Positions 42,343 through 52,521 of a stretch of DNA of 64,000 nucleotides are shown here, piece after piece. The translations under genes were made by a program, and so were the position numbers. The stretch's first letter is position 1; each line of letters begins with the position of its first letter. A model generated the notes under the pieces. That model was not told where the DNA came from, made no database searches, and saw only the letters and a program-made list of their open reading frames with translations. The DNA comes from Bdellovibrionales bacterium (GTDB lineage: Bacteria; Bdellovibrionota; Bdellovibrionia; Bdellovibrionales; JAUICD01). The stretch spans positions 896,001 to 960,000 of the forward strand of contig OZ253553.1 in the NCBI GenBank assembly GCA_965262715.1. Reading direction: 5' to 3'.

Positions 42343-42898
42343 TATAATTATAACAATAAGTTAAACTATCCAAAGATCAACTTGATTAGTTATAAACATT
42401 AGTTTTTTATACTGAGTATTGTATATAAAAAAAATAATTGTGCAATTGTGATTAAGTAAGAGTGTACTCATTACTGTTTAAGACTTTTAATAAGTTATAC
42501 AAGGTAATTTACAAGCCCTAAAATTTATGAAACTTATTATAATTATTTTTTGTATTGTCACTTTGTCTTATTTATTTTCTCATAATTCAAATGATGTTTG
42601 TTGGTTCAACATCTTCCTTCTCTCTATTCCATTAGAAGTACTCAACTTGTCAGTGGGTCCAAGTGTTAGTTTATTATCTAAAAATGAATTTCAACATGTC
42701 CAAGCTTTAATTGGAAATCTAGAAAATGGCGAAAGTCTGAATTCATGAAGCATGAATTTGCAACCATTAAGGAAAACATAGAGAGTGTTTTTAGGGGAAC
42801 TAAGCTAGCGCGACGCATCAATTCTCGTAGTCGGCAGATTAATTTAAAGAGCTATTAATTAGTCTTGACTTTATGGGCATTCGTGTAACAATTCCCTC

Positions 42899-43102
42899 AT
42901 GGCACCAATTCTTCTAGTTGAACTCAATAATATTAACACTAAGATTCAAGAATTGCGAATTAAATTGGAGGCAGCAATGGATATAAATGACTTTCAGGAA
43001 ATTAGCATTATCGAGAAGGAGATAAGTACATTGAAGAAGCAAACTCTAGATCGGATGAAACAGCATCGTATCTATCAGTCTCCACTTCATATTGTTAATT
43101 AA
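42899..43102 (+). CDS. Small helical protein with UVR-like motif
   Basis: LEAAMDINDFQEISIIEKEI. Confidence 0.4.
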   Translation: MAPILLVELNNINTKIQELRIKLEAAMDINDFQEISIIEKEISTLKKQTLDRMKQHRIYQSPLHIVN

Positions 43103-43428
43103 TTACCTTTAGCACTTTTCTTCTCTTAGCCTTTTTCTTGGCAACCTTAGCTTTCGTTTCTAATTCTTCCATCTCTACAATTGCCTGATTAAGCTTGTTT
43201 ATTTGTGTTATAAGAAGGGTTAGTTTACTATTTTTACCTTTCTCGATCATCATATCTAGTTCTTCTAGGTCTGCTTTGGTCAAAGTATTGCTTGCAATAA
43301 CAGATTTTACCCAGCTCAATAGTTCTTGTGAGAAGACATATTCGGGGACATTCAATTTATAGACTTCATTTGGCTCAAATGAGTAACCGTGTGCTCTTAG
43401 ATTAATATTTGCACTATCAACTTGTAAC

Positions 43429-44744
43429 GGCCTTGTTGCACAAAGATTTAAATAGTTTTTATTTTATTTATTTTTTAAGTAAGATTGTCATTTAATATTT
43501 TTTTATCAAAGAGAAGAAGGCACAATCATCTGATTAAGGATTTTACATTTAATAAACACTTCATTTGCTTGACGATGAAATTCTCTAGAAGATAATTTAT
43601 CACCTAATAAAGTTTTAAATCTATACATAGCTGTTTCTGATATAGACCTCCTGTGATATTTATGTTTTTTTTTCCACTTCTTTCTACCCATCTTCTTGAT
43701 TTCTCTAATATAAGTATCTCTAAGAAGCGGCGATCCCCGACAATTTCCATGCCTCTTAATCACAGCATTCTTTCTAGGTGGAGCAACCAATTTTATACTT
43801 CTATCACTTGTAAACTGATAACAATTCTTACAGTCATAAGCCCCATCAACTGAAACTTGGCCTATCTCATCTTCATATCCTGTCAATAACTCTTCAAAAA
43901 CCTCATTATCCTTTACAGAATTATCACTTAAAACAGATGCCTTAATCTGGGAATTTGACTCATCTACCGCTAAATGTAGCTTCTTCCATGTCCTTCTCTT
44001 AGAATACCCATGCTGACGGACTTTCCACTCTCCCTCCCCATAAACTTTAAGACCTGTGGAATCAATGACAATATGAGGATTCTTGTGAGAAGATAGCTTT
44101 CTTTCTAGTTTTACTGATAACTTCTGTAATCTTCTGCAAAGAGTTGTATAATTAGGTATTTCTATATCAAGACCCATAAGTTCAACTAGGGATTTAGCAA
44201 AACCTTCTGTAGATCGCAATTTTAAACCAAATATGAATCTTAATATATTAAGAGTTTCAATAGCTTTATCAGAGTAAACTTGTTGACCCCCTTGCTTTGA
44301 AGAACATTTTGCATACCAAGATTTGACGATATCTGCTGAAAACCAAAAAGTGATTTGACCTCTATTGACTAGAGACTTATTATAAAGACTCCAGTTTATT
44401 TTTTTATTTTTACCCATCTCTAGCTCCTTCTGATTTAGTGATTGTGAAAGTTGGGGATGGGTAAATTTTATAATCATTAAAAACAAAAAATCAAAGTAAT
44501 AGATATATCAAACTCAGGAAAGATCTTATTGCATAAAAATTTAAGAATGAGATTTGTGAAAGACTTCTGAAATAGGACTAGGCTAGCGGCTTAGGGTAAA
44601 TATCTCTTAAACTATTTTATTCTATAATAAAATCTTAAAATAATAGCAATACAAGGCGCGGGGGTTGCCTAGAGCCTATGGAAGATGCCTGACTTAATTC
44701 TCTAATCTTTTATATACTTCCTTAAATCTTTGTGCAACAAAGCC
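43429..44744 (-). mobile_element. IS903-like insertion sequence, copy B (1316 bp)
   Basis: Same TIRs; 9-bp TSD ACTTGTAAC at 43420..43428 and 44745..44753. Confidence 0.93.
43506..44417 (-). CDS. IS903-like transposase
   Basis: One amino-acid difference from copy A (N/D). Confidence 0.92.
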   Translation of the reverse strand: MGKNKKINWSLYNKSLVNRGQITFWFSADIVKSWYAKCSSKQGGQQVYSDKAIETLNILRFIFGLKLRSTEGFAKSLVELMGLDIEIPNYTTLCRRLQKLSVKLERKLSSHKNPHIVIDSTGLKVYGEGEWKVRQHGYSKRRTWKKLHLAVDESNSQIKASVLSDNSVKDNEVFEELLTGYEDEIGQVSVDGAYDCKNCYQFTSDRSIKLVAPPRKNAVIKRHGNCRGSPLLRDTYIREIKKMGRKKWKKKHKYHRRSISETAMYRFKTLLGDKLSSREFHRQANEVFIKCKILNQMIVPSSL

Positions 44745-47128
44745 ACTTGTAACATGAATTGCTTAGAAGCCATCCATGCCCCTAAACAAAGAAATAAGTC
44801 GTCAGGCACTTCAGGTTTTTTGAGCCAAATTGAATGTCCGGAAGTCCCAATACCACTACTACAACCGTTCATGTCCAGTGAGAATTTTAACCTATCTTTG
44901 CTTGCAGGCTCTCTTGGCATAAAGTAACGAAGGTTTTTTAATTGTTCACCATATTTTTCAAGTTTTTCGCAACCTCTCCATGAGTAAGGAAAAGCTGCAG
45001 CGACTTGGCTTCTTGAAGCTAAAAGTTGTTCTTCCTCGATAGTCAATTTTACAATTGATTTTGGAAATGTTGTACCTCTGGGAACAAACATGATATCTTT
45101 ACTATCACTCTTATCCCACAATAAGGTGCGAAGGTTTCTTGCATTAGGATAAACTTTTTTAACCCACATTCTTTTATCACTTGTTTTTTTGATTCTTTTG
45201 GCCAATTCAATGTATACTCTCTTTTTAGAAGGTTCAAATCCCTTCGCAGAAATAATAAACTTTCCAATAGGTAATCCCGAATTGCTAGTATTAGAATGAG
45301 ATACTCCTAGAGGAGTTGTAATAAAATCTTTATTTTTAAGCATCTCTCCCCAAAAGCATTCAGCAACTAATGACGCTGGTGAATGAGGAAACCTTTTTAC
45401 AGATCGATGGTCAATGAATTTAAAATTTTCTTTCTTTGCCCATATTCGAAAATTTTCATGACTCTTGTTATGAAGAACTTGTTGTTTAATCAATAGCCCC
45501 ATTCTTGGGTTTTGTCCCCAATGAAAAATTCTTTCATCAAGCATGTGTCGGAGAACATAAATAGAAATATCAGAATCGTCAGAATAGATACTGCGGTAGG
45601 TATTTTGGAATAGGTCGCGATATTTATTAGCTCTAACACGATCCTTTGGTGCATCAATATTTCCCCAAGGAGGATTTCCGATGGCTAAAGTAACCTTTTT
45701 ATTCACAGTACAGTTAAAAAGGTTTTCATGATTCATTCCTTTTAACCTAGGAAGTCTCCAATTCGCTCCTAACTCACTTGGATCTGTATCCAAAATTTTC
45801 ACATAAGTACTTAATAGCATAGCCTTGCAACAACTAAGAGCATACTTGTCACAATCTATTGCAATTAGATTATTTGAAAAGAAGCTTTCTAGCTTTCTCT
45901 GGTCTATATTCTCCATACTCTCCCATGCGATCTCTGAAGCAACACACAAAAGTGTGCCTGATCCGGCTGCAGTGTCTATTATTACATCCTCAGTTGTCGG
46001 TTTTAACTTTCTAATCATCTCAATAGCTAAATCTTCAGGAGTATATATACTTGTACTACTTATCTCTTTGCCATAAATAATTTTTAAGACTGATTCATAT
46101 GCATATCCGAGGGTATCAGCGTGAAGAAGGTCAAGTCTCGTACAAAGCTTTTTTGTATGACCATATATCTCCCACATTAATCCATTCCATTCATTGTTTA
46201 GAGGAATAAAGTTTTCATTTAATAAACGATTAAGTTCTTTAGTTACACCTAAGATATTTCCATTTTTTTCTAAATCTTTCAATTTATCGTTAGGAATAAT
46301 TCCACAATCTCTTAATACAGCAATCAAAAAGAGTTGAACCCAATAGTCAAAAGCTAAAATATTTTCATCTACAACACTAATTATTTGTTTAAGAATATCT
46401 TGGAACTCCTTCTGAAGAGTTTTATCAAGAATACCTTCTGGTCTTGTATCTATATAAGGAGCACGTTGTAAAGAGTGAGCAAATTCACCATTGGAAACTT
46501 TGTCTAATATTTTAGTAAATTTTGAGAAACCACCCTCATCAGTGAGGTCAAAAACAATCTTTCCAGCTTTGGCCATTGGATACTCTATTGATCCATCGAA
46601 TATAATAGCTTTTTTCCCATTAGTAAGGATTCCTAAAGGATAAACTATCCTGCCATCCTTATAAAAGTTAAAGGAGAAAGCATATCGATGTGCCTGTTGA
46701 AATGCGTTTTCAAGTGGCTCTTCTTGACCTGGTCTTTTAAGCTCTATTGCTAGTTGACATCTTCCCTTCTTCATAATGCGAACATCAACTATTCCTTTTG
46801 GTCCTCTTCGTTCGTGTTGAAGTTCACCGATCGTGAGATCAAAATAGTCCGCAGCTAAAACAGTAAACCAGTTACTATGTAGTTCAGCTTCATTACCACA
46901 GTTTTTGACGACCTGTACGTGCCAATTGAAGTTCTTTTTACCCATAAACTTTATTATGAATAAACTTATTTGCGAAGTATATTTCCAGCTTATTCCTCTC
47001 TGAATTTAGGAATAAAGTTTAGGAGTTAACTTGGACAAACATCCTTCTGATTTTGAACCTAAGTTAAGAAACCTTAAATTGATTTTTTTGTGACCATTTA
47101 GTTAGATATGGTTATATAGAAGGAGCTC

Positions 47129-47326
47129 TTAGAAAAAACCAAAGTTTTTCATTTTATTGATAGATTTAAGTTTTGGGTCACTATCAATAGCCTTTCGAAT
47201 CATTCTAACAGCTCTTTCACACTTTTCTTTTTCAGTTTGTCCTGGATGTTTTGCCCACTGCCGTAATTGATCTTCCAATTTAGAATGTGTTTGATTTGAC
47301 GAATAAATAGACGAATATCCAAACAT
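47129..47326 (-). pseudogene. N-terminal fragment of a CD-NTase (CdnE-like) nucleotidyltransferase
   Basis: EDQLRQWAKHPGQTEKEKCERAVRMIRKAI resembles CD-NTase N-termini; ends before the catalytic GS motif. Confidence 0.6.
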
Positions 47327-47620
47327 TTAAAAATCCTATTGAATATAAAAGATTTATAATAATTGCTTTTTCAAATAAAGATCAATTTAATAAAGGAAAA
47401 GTCAATAGAATAAGCAATACCTTTGTGATTTTTTAGCAAACCCTTCTGATGATGAAAGTCCTTTCTTAATTCTTTTAGAAGTCGTTTCCTGAATATCGAG
47501 TAAAAGCTTCTTGGCACAATAACCTGACCCAAATATCTAAAACACTAAGTGTTTCTCTTGATAAGTTGATTAAACCTTGAAATGTGGTTTAAAATCTATT
47601 TAGTATGTTTAGGAAATGGT

Positions 47621-48547
47621 ATGACTAGTAAAGACTTTCCCACAATGTTCCAAGCAGCAGATAGCTGCGCAATAAGTTCACAAGCTATATATCTTCGTCT
47701 AATCAAAGCTGATATCGTACTTTTGATATTGGGACCATTGTTAGCAATTCTACCAGAACTGCTACCAAATTTTTCGATTTCTTGGTTAAAAAACATTGGA
47801 GTCCTCATGTCTATGAGCACTATTATTGTGACACTTCTAATATATTTATGGGGAAAAGACAAGGCATGGTATGGGTCAAGAGCAGTGGCCGAATCAATAA
47901 AAACATTAACTTGGCGCTATATCACTGGTGCTACTCCTTTTCCAATTGATATGGGTCAAAAAGATGCTGATAGACAATTTGGCAATACCTTACAGAAGTT
48001 AATGGAGCAAGAAAGTAAATTAAATTGGGTTTATAACTTAGATGCAAAGGTCGATCAAATAACTGAAGTGATGAGGACTCAACGAAATAAATCTATACGT
48101 GAACGAAAAAACTATTATATTAAATCAAGACTTGAAGAACAGTGTCAATGGTATGCAAGAAAAGCAAAATTTAATACCAGCAGGAAAAATCTATTTTTAT
48201 TTCTAATAATAATCATGCAGTTACTAATACCCGTTTTAATTTATAATGCTGTCCAAATTTTAACTATTGCAGTTGCAAGTGTATTTACTACTGTTGCAAC
48301 AGGTTTAATTCTTTGGGTTAATACTAAAAAATACCATGAATTATCTCAAGTATATGCCCTTACAGCACAAGAGCTTGGGGTTATAAAAACTAGTGCATAT
48401 CATATTAATTCTGACAAAGACTTATCAGACTTTGTAGCTGATACCGAAAGTGCATTCTCTAGAGAACACACTATGTGGATTGCAAGAAGAAATCATATAC
48501 CTATGATAAGGGAACATTCAAATGAGCAGGAAGTGGGTTTACAATAG
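47621..48547 (+). CDS. SLATT/DUF4231-type membrane effector with two 2-TM modules (ORF track starts at 47582)
   Basis: WYGSRAVAESIKTLTWRY, YIKSRLEEQCQWY and ESAFSREHTMW motifs; four TM segments. Confidence 0.8.
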   Translation: MTSKDFPTMFQAADSCAISSQAIYLRLIKADIVLLILGPLLAILPELLPNFSISWLKNIGVLMSMSTIIVTLLIYLWGKDKAWYGSRAVAESIKTLTWRYITGATPFPIDMGQKDADRQFGNTLQKLMEQESKLNWVYNLDAKVDQITEVMRTQRNKSIRERKNYYIKSRLEEQCQWYARKAKFNTSRKNLFLFLIIIMQLLIPVLIYNAVQILTIAVASVFTTVATGLILWVNTKKYHELSQVYALTAQELGVIKTSAYHINSDKDLSDFVADTESAFSREHTMWIARRNHIPMIREHSNEQEVGLQ

Positions 48548-49472
48548 TAAAGAGATACAGCTACCAGTTTATTTTTACTCTATATCTAGTGTCAAAACTC
48601 GGTTAAACACACTAGAGTATTTAAGAATCTTGATAAGATTGGAATGCAAAAACTTATTGGTTTCTGCCTATGATTTTAACAACTGTCATGATGTTGCAAT
48701 GATCCAAAGGGTTCTGAATAACAAACCAAATGGTACTATTATCCTAATGGATTGTGGAAATTATGAAAGTTATTGGATGAAGGATAAAAGTTGGTCTCAA
48801 AATGACTTTCACAATACTCATAAAAAATACAAGCCTGATTACTCATTTAGCTTTGATAATAACACACCTAGTAAAGATATAGAGGCATTCACTCCTGAAT
48901 TGATAGAATCTTACCAGTCCGATTGTAAAGCCATGGAAGGGTGTAATCTAATCCCAATCCTACATGGGGAATGTTCTGATATTTGCGAAAGGCTTGATGC
49001 ATTTCTGTCAAAATCAATGATAGAAATTATTGCAGTACCAGAGCGAATATTGGGAGGTGGAATATATGAGTGCTGTTTGTCTATTATCAAAATCCGAGAA
49101 GTTTTGAATTCTCACAATAATAATATTAAGCTTCATTTACTTGGAACTGGTAATCCTATTTCAATTCTTCTTTTTTCTTTGGCTGGAGCAGATAGCTTTG
49201 ATGGTTTAGAGTGGTGCCAAACTGTCGTAGATCATTTTTCTGGAAGACTTCACCACCTAAGCCATTGGGATTTTTTTAAAAATCAGACTGGGTGTTCGAA
49301 CTATCGTAATGTGCCGTTTGAGCAAAGCATCCTTGCACACAACATTATTTTTTACGAAAAATTTATGAAAGACTTACAAGATGCAATTAAGTCTGAATCT
49401 GTAGACTTAATGCTTCGTCATTTCTTACCTAATGGAGAATTTCTCAAAGTTAAAGAGTTACTAAGATTATGA
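48522..49472 (+). CDS. tRNA-guanine transglycosylase-like protein (Cap10/DpdA-like)
   Basis: ILMDCGNYE, FSFD, IPILHG, HLLGTG, GADSFDG, HN; no Zn-binding domain seen. Confidence 0.78.
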   Translation: MSRKWVYNSKEIQLPVYFYSISSVKTRLNTLEYLRILIRLECKNLLVSAYDFNNCHDVAMIQRVLNNKPNGTIILMDCGNYESYWMKDKSWSQNDFHNTHKKYKPDYSFSFDNNTPSKDIEAFTPELIESYQSDCKAMEGCNLIPILHGECSDICERLDAFLSKSMIEIIAVPERILGGGIYECCLSIIKIREVLNSHNNNIKLHLLGTGNPISILLFSLAGADSFDGLEWCQTVVDHFSGRLHHLSHWDFFKNQTGCSNYRNVPFEQSILAHNIIFYEKFMKDLQDAIKSESVDLMLRHFLPNGEFLKVKELLRL

Positions 49473-50107
49473 TAGCATTAAAGTCACCACCAATTGATCA
49501 ACTAACCAAAGCTGTTTTTTCTTTAGAGTCTAAACTTCCAGAATTTCAGCATAATCTTTGGAAAAAGCAAAGAGGTGATGAGCTTTTCAAAAAGTTGGCA
49601 ATAGCAATTACAAGCAGTCAGACACATTTTCAGCAAGCTTTAAATTTTATTGATGCAAACTATAGTATAATTATTGGCGAATCAAATGGCGAGTTTAAAA
49701 ATGGTATTCGATTTCAATCTAAAAAAATTGAATATATAAGGAGAACAAAAGAGGAAATTGATTCATTAGGAGGAATTATTAAATTTTTAAATAAAAGCCT
49801 TGATCCTATTGAAGCTAGAGAAAGACTGATACAGATGTCTGCAGGGATAGGCCCTAAGCAAGCAAGTTTCTTTTTGGTTAGTATTGGATGGACAAATCAA
49901 TTAGCTATTCTCGATAGACATATACTGAACTTTATGAGATTAATTAATCTTATAAAATGGAATACGTCTATTCAGAGACTATCTGAATATGTCAGAGTGG
50001 AGCAAAAATTTATTGAAATGTGTCGATCATTTAATAAATGTCCCTTTAAATTCGACCTAGCAATTTGGATAGTAATGCGTGAATGGAGAAAGCTAAATTG
50101 TCATTAG
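49469..50107 (+). CDS. OGG-like HhH N-glycosylase/DNA lyase (Cap11-like)
   Basis: GIGPKQASFFL...LAILDRH with catalytic Lys and Asp; DLAIW. Confidence 0.8.
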   Translation: MIALKSPPIDQLTKAVFSLESKLPEFQHNLWKKQRGDELFKKLAIAITSSQTHFQQALNFIDANYSIIIGESNGEFKNGIRFQSKKIEYIRRTKEEIDSLGGIIKFLNKSLDPIEARERLIQMSAGIGPKQASFFLVSIGWTNQLAILDRHILNFMRLINLIKWNTSIQRLSEYVRVEQKFIEMCRSFNKCPFKFDLAIWIVMREWRKLNCH

Positions 50108-50691
50108 TAACACTAGTATCCGGTGGAATGGATAGCACATTAATTGCCTCTCTATGCAAAGAAGAAGGGATACTTCAACACCCTATTTTTATTGATTATG
50201 GTCAATTGTCATCAAAATTAGAGTTCAGGGCAGCAATTAAAATCCACAAGAAACTGGAATTACCCGAACCCAAATATTTTGACTTAAGGAGTTATGGTTA
50301 CAATATCAGGTCAGGTTTGACAGACACCAAGTTGCGAGTTAACGAAGATGCCTTTCTCCCTGGAAGAAACATGCTATTTTTGACTATTGGAGCTTCATAC
50401 GCATATCAAGTTGGTGCTAAGGGCATCACTATTGGACTTTTAAATGAAGAAGCTAGTATTTTCCCAGATCAAACAAAGAAATTTGTAAATGAAGCCAACT
50501 CTTTAATCAATTTTATGATAGGCTATGAATTAAAAGTAGTGACTCCATTGATCAAAATGAGTAAGTTAGACGTAATTAAACTTTTAAGAGTGCGAGGTTT
50601 ACAGGACACGTACTCTTGTCATATTGGAAATAAAAATCCGTGCGGAAAATGTATTTCCTGTTTAGAAATAAATAACAGTATAGGAATATAA
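50083..50691 (+). CDS. QueC-like (Cap9-like) adenylating enzyme
   Basis: SGGMDS PP-loop, DYGQ, PGRN, FPD, SC...CGKCISC Zn site. Confidence 0.9.
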   Translation: MEKAKLSLVTLVSGGMDSTLIASLCKEEGILQHPIFIDYGQLSSKLEFRAAIKIHKKLELPEPKYFDLRSYGYNIRSGLTDTKLRVNEDAFLPGRNMLFLTIGASYAYQVGAKGITIGLLNEEASIFPDQTKKFVNEANSLINFMIGYELKVVTPLIKMSKLDVIKLLRVRGLQDTYSCHIGNKNPCGKCISCLEINNSIGI

Positions 50692-50692
50692 T

Positions 50693-51172
50693 ATGGGCGG
50701 TGGAGGTGGATATCAAAGGCTAAGTGAGGAAGGACTATCAAGCCTTGCTGAACAAGCAAAAAAGGAATTAAAGGGTTCTTCGAAAGGGCAACACAATGTA
50801 TTTATTAGCTTTGATACAGATGATTTGGCAGAGGTGAATCTCCTTAGAGGACAAGAAAAAAGTAAGAGCAATGAAGTTGAATTTAAAGATTGGTCTGTCA
50901 AAAAACCCTACGATAGTCAAAATGCAGAATATATTAAAAGAAAAATTAGAGAGCGTATCCGCCAATGTTCTACAACAGCTGTCTATATTTCTAAGAAAAC
51001 TCATAAAAGTAAATGGGTAGATTGGGAAATTAAAGAGAGTATTGAAATGGAAAAGAAGGTGGTCGGTTTTTATAAGGGTACCAACCCCCCGTCAAAGTTA
51101 CCAAAAATAATAACTGATAATAATATTAAATGTGTGCAGTGGACCCATGAAAACCTTAAAAACAAACTTTAA
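50693..51172 (+). CDS. ThsB/DUF1863-like TIR-domain protein with N-terminal poly-Gly extension
   Basis: NVFISF, DWSV, IRERI..CS, SKWVDWEI with catalytic Glu; starts MGGGGG. Confidence 0.85.
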   Translation: MGGGGGYQRLSEEGLSSLAEQAKKELKGSSKGQHNVFISFDTDDLAEVNLLRGQEKSKSNEVEFKDWSVKKPYDSQNAEYIKRKIRERIRQCSTTAVYISKKTHKSKWVDWEIKESIEMEKKVVGFYKGTNPPSKLPKIITDNNIKCVQWTHENLKNKL

Positions 51173-51281
51173 CACTTTTAGATTAGGGGTTTGGTAACAG
51201 ATATTTTGAGGTAACTCGCAGGTAATTCGATGGTTAATAATAAAAATGAGACAAATATAAAGTTTTTAATTAATAGGTTAT

Positions 51282-51602
51282 ATGAACCTTATATTATTTC
51301 GTCATGGTCCACCCATAGATTCTATTGAATGGCTACAACAAGGTGAAAAAGAAGGTGAGCGATTGCCCTCTTTAAAAAGATGTAATCGGATCCATTGGAT
51401 CAAAGAACTAATAGAAAAGAAGGATCATTCTAGTATTAGATGTTGGGAAGAAATCCGTAGGACAAAAAAAAGTGAATGTACGAGAGTTCATTTAGCTCTT
51501 AAAGATTTTAGTTATATGGTAGTACTTGAAGAAAGAGTCGATTATTGGTTACTCATTACAGCGTTTCCTATTGATAGAAAACATCAGAGAGAGAGAAAAT
51601 GA
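51282..51602 (+). pseudogene. Chimeric ORF: copy of the sixA 5' end fused to an unrelated island-protein C-terminus
   Basis: First 27 aa nearly match those encoded at 54951; the rest is unrelated (RCNRIHWIKELIE...YWLLITAFP). Confidence 0.65.
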
Positions 51603-51817
51603 AAAAAAATGGGAAGGTTTTATGTCTCTTAAAAAAACAGGGGGTGCCTTTTGAGAGCATCCCCAGGAACTCCTTCTACACATGGCAGATGAGCTATATA
51701 GATTAGCGGTAGCTTTTTAGAAAAAGTCAAGAGAAAAGAAATAGAGATGTTAATTTCCTTTTTTATTATAAAAGGAATAAAGCCTATTATATCTACAATG
51801 CCTTATCTCTTAAACAA

Positions 51818-51992
51818 TCAGAAAGATAACTTTGTGCTAGTGAGTTTTCTGGTAAGTTCTTCTGACGATGAAAATCCTTTTTTAATCCTCTTCGTGGTTA
51901 ATTTTTCAACATTGAATAAAATCTCTTTAGCGTGGGTAACCTGATCCTAATAGCAATGATATATTTGCAATAATTTTAATGATTGTTTCCAC
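51818..51992 (-). pseudogene. Frameshifted ~57-aa small-protein gene, member of a three-copy family
   Basis: GGAGG RBS, GTG start; GSGY...TTKRIKKGFSS; homologs at 47402..47540 (-) and 60666..60836 (+). Confidence 0.6.
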
Positions 51993-52049
51993 TTTTTCCT
52001 CCTTTTTTAAAAATAGGTGTATAAATACTTTTTTTGATTTTATGTTTTT

Positions 52050-52249
52050 TAAAAGCTTCTAAAATAGAGGTTTTTGACCATAAATATTGAGTGAGTTTCT
52101 CAATATTGCGAGTCGAAAGCTTAAAATCGACATAAAGTTTCCATAAAATTCCAGAATTTTCTGCTGGAATGTTAAGAAAATGTGTAATAAATATAGATAC
52201 ATAGTTGGAGTTATGGGTAGGTTTGTTTATTATCTCACCTCCCCGACCA
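52050..52249 (+). repeat. Island right-end segment ending in the att core; diverged copy at 54690..54893
   Basis: ctaaaatagaggtttttgaccataaa...gggtaggtttgttta...ctccccgacca in both copies. Confidence 0.85.
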
Positions 52250-52426
52250 TTTCCTTAACATTGAGTGAATGCCGTATGATAACAAAATACTCAAAATAAA
52301 CTGAAACTTTTGAGACATCAGCCATTTAAGACCGTTCTAACGGTCGGGCTGATGCCCAAAAGCACACCAGAGGTGTGGTTTATTTTGAGGAAAAGATCGC
52401 AGGTTCAAATCCTGTCTTTTCAACCA
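52239..52426 (+). repeat. Near-exact copy of 41529..41716 (att core, hairpin element H at 52290..52389, degenerate tRNA 3' half)
   Basis: Direct sequence match at offset 10710. Confidence 0.92.
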
Positions 52427-52521
52427 CTGAAAATAATATAAAAATTGTAATGAAAAAGTATTAAAAATAAATTAGGATTAATCAATTGAAAATAATATAA
52501 CCCCTTAAGGAGGTACAAGTT

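Larger units (their letters stand above)
43095..46945 (-). pseudogene. Type IIG-like fused restriction endonuclease/amino-methyltransferase, split by the IS903-like element (841 aa when rejoined)
   Basis: VD..IELK..QAHRYA..GILTNG nuclease N-terminus; DTAAGSGT motif I; NPPW motif IV; the frame rejoins (MLQVDSANINLRAHGY...) across the TSD. Confidence 0.82.
41717..52249. mobile_element. tRNA-Pro-anchored defence island (no integrase seen)
   Basis: Bounded by CTCCCCGACCA repeats; defence-type cargo and gene remnants. Confidence 0.7.

Noticed and set aside
48522..50691. Housekeeping queuosine operon or dpd DNA-modification cluster
   Set aside because: The TGT is divergent and lacks the Zn domain; no dpdB/C, queE or folE nearby; context is SLATT/TIR. 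A DNA-modification role is not fully excluded
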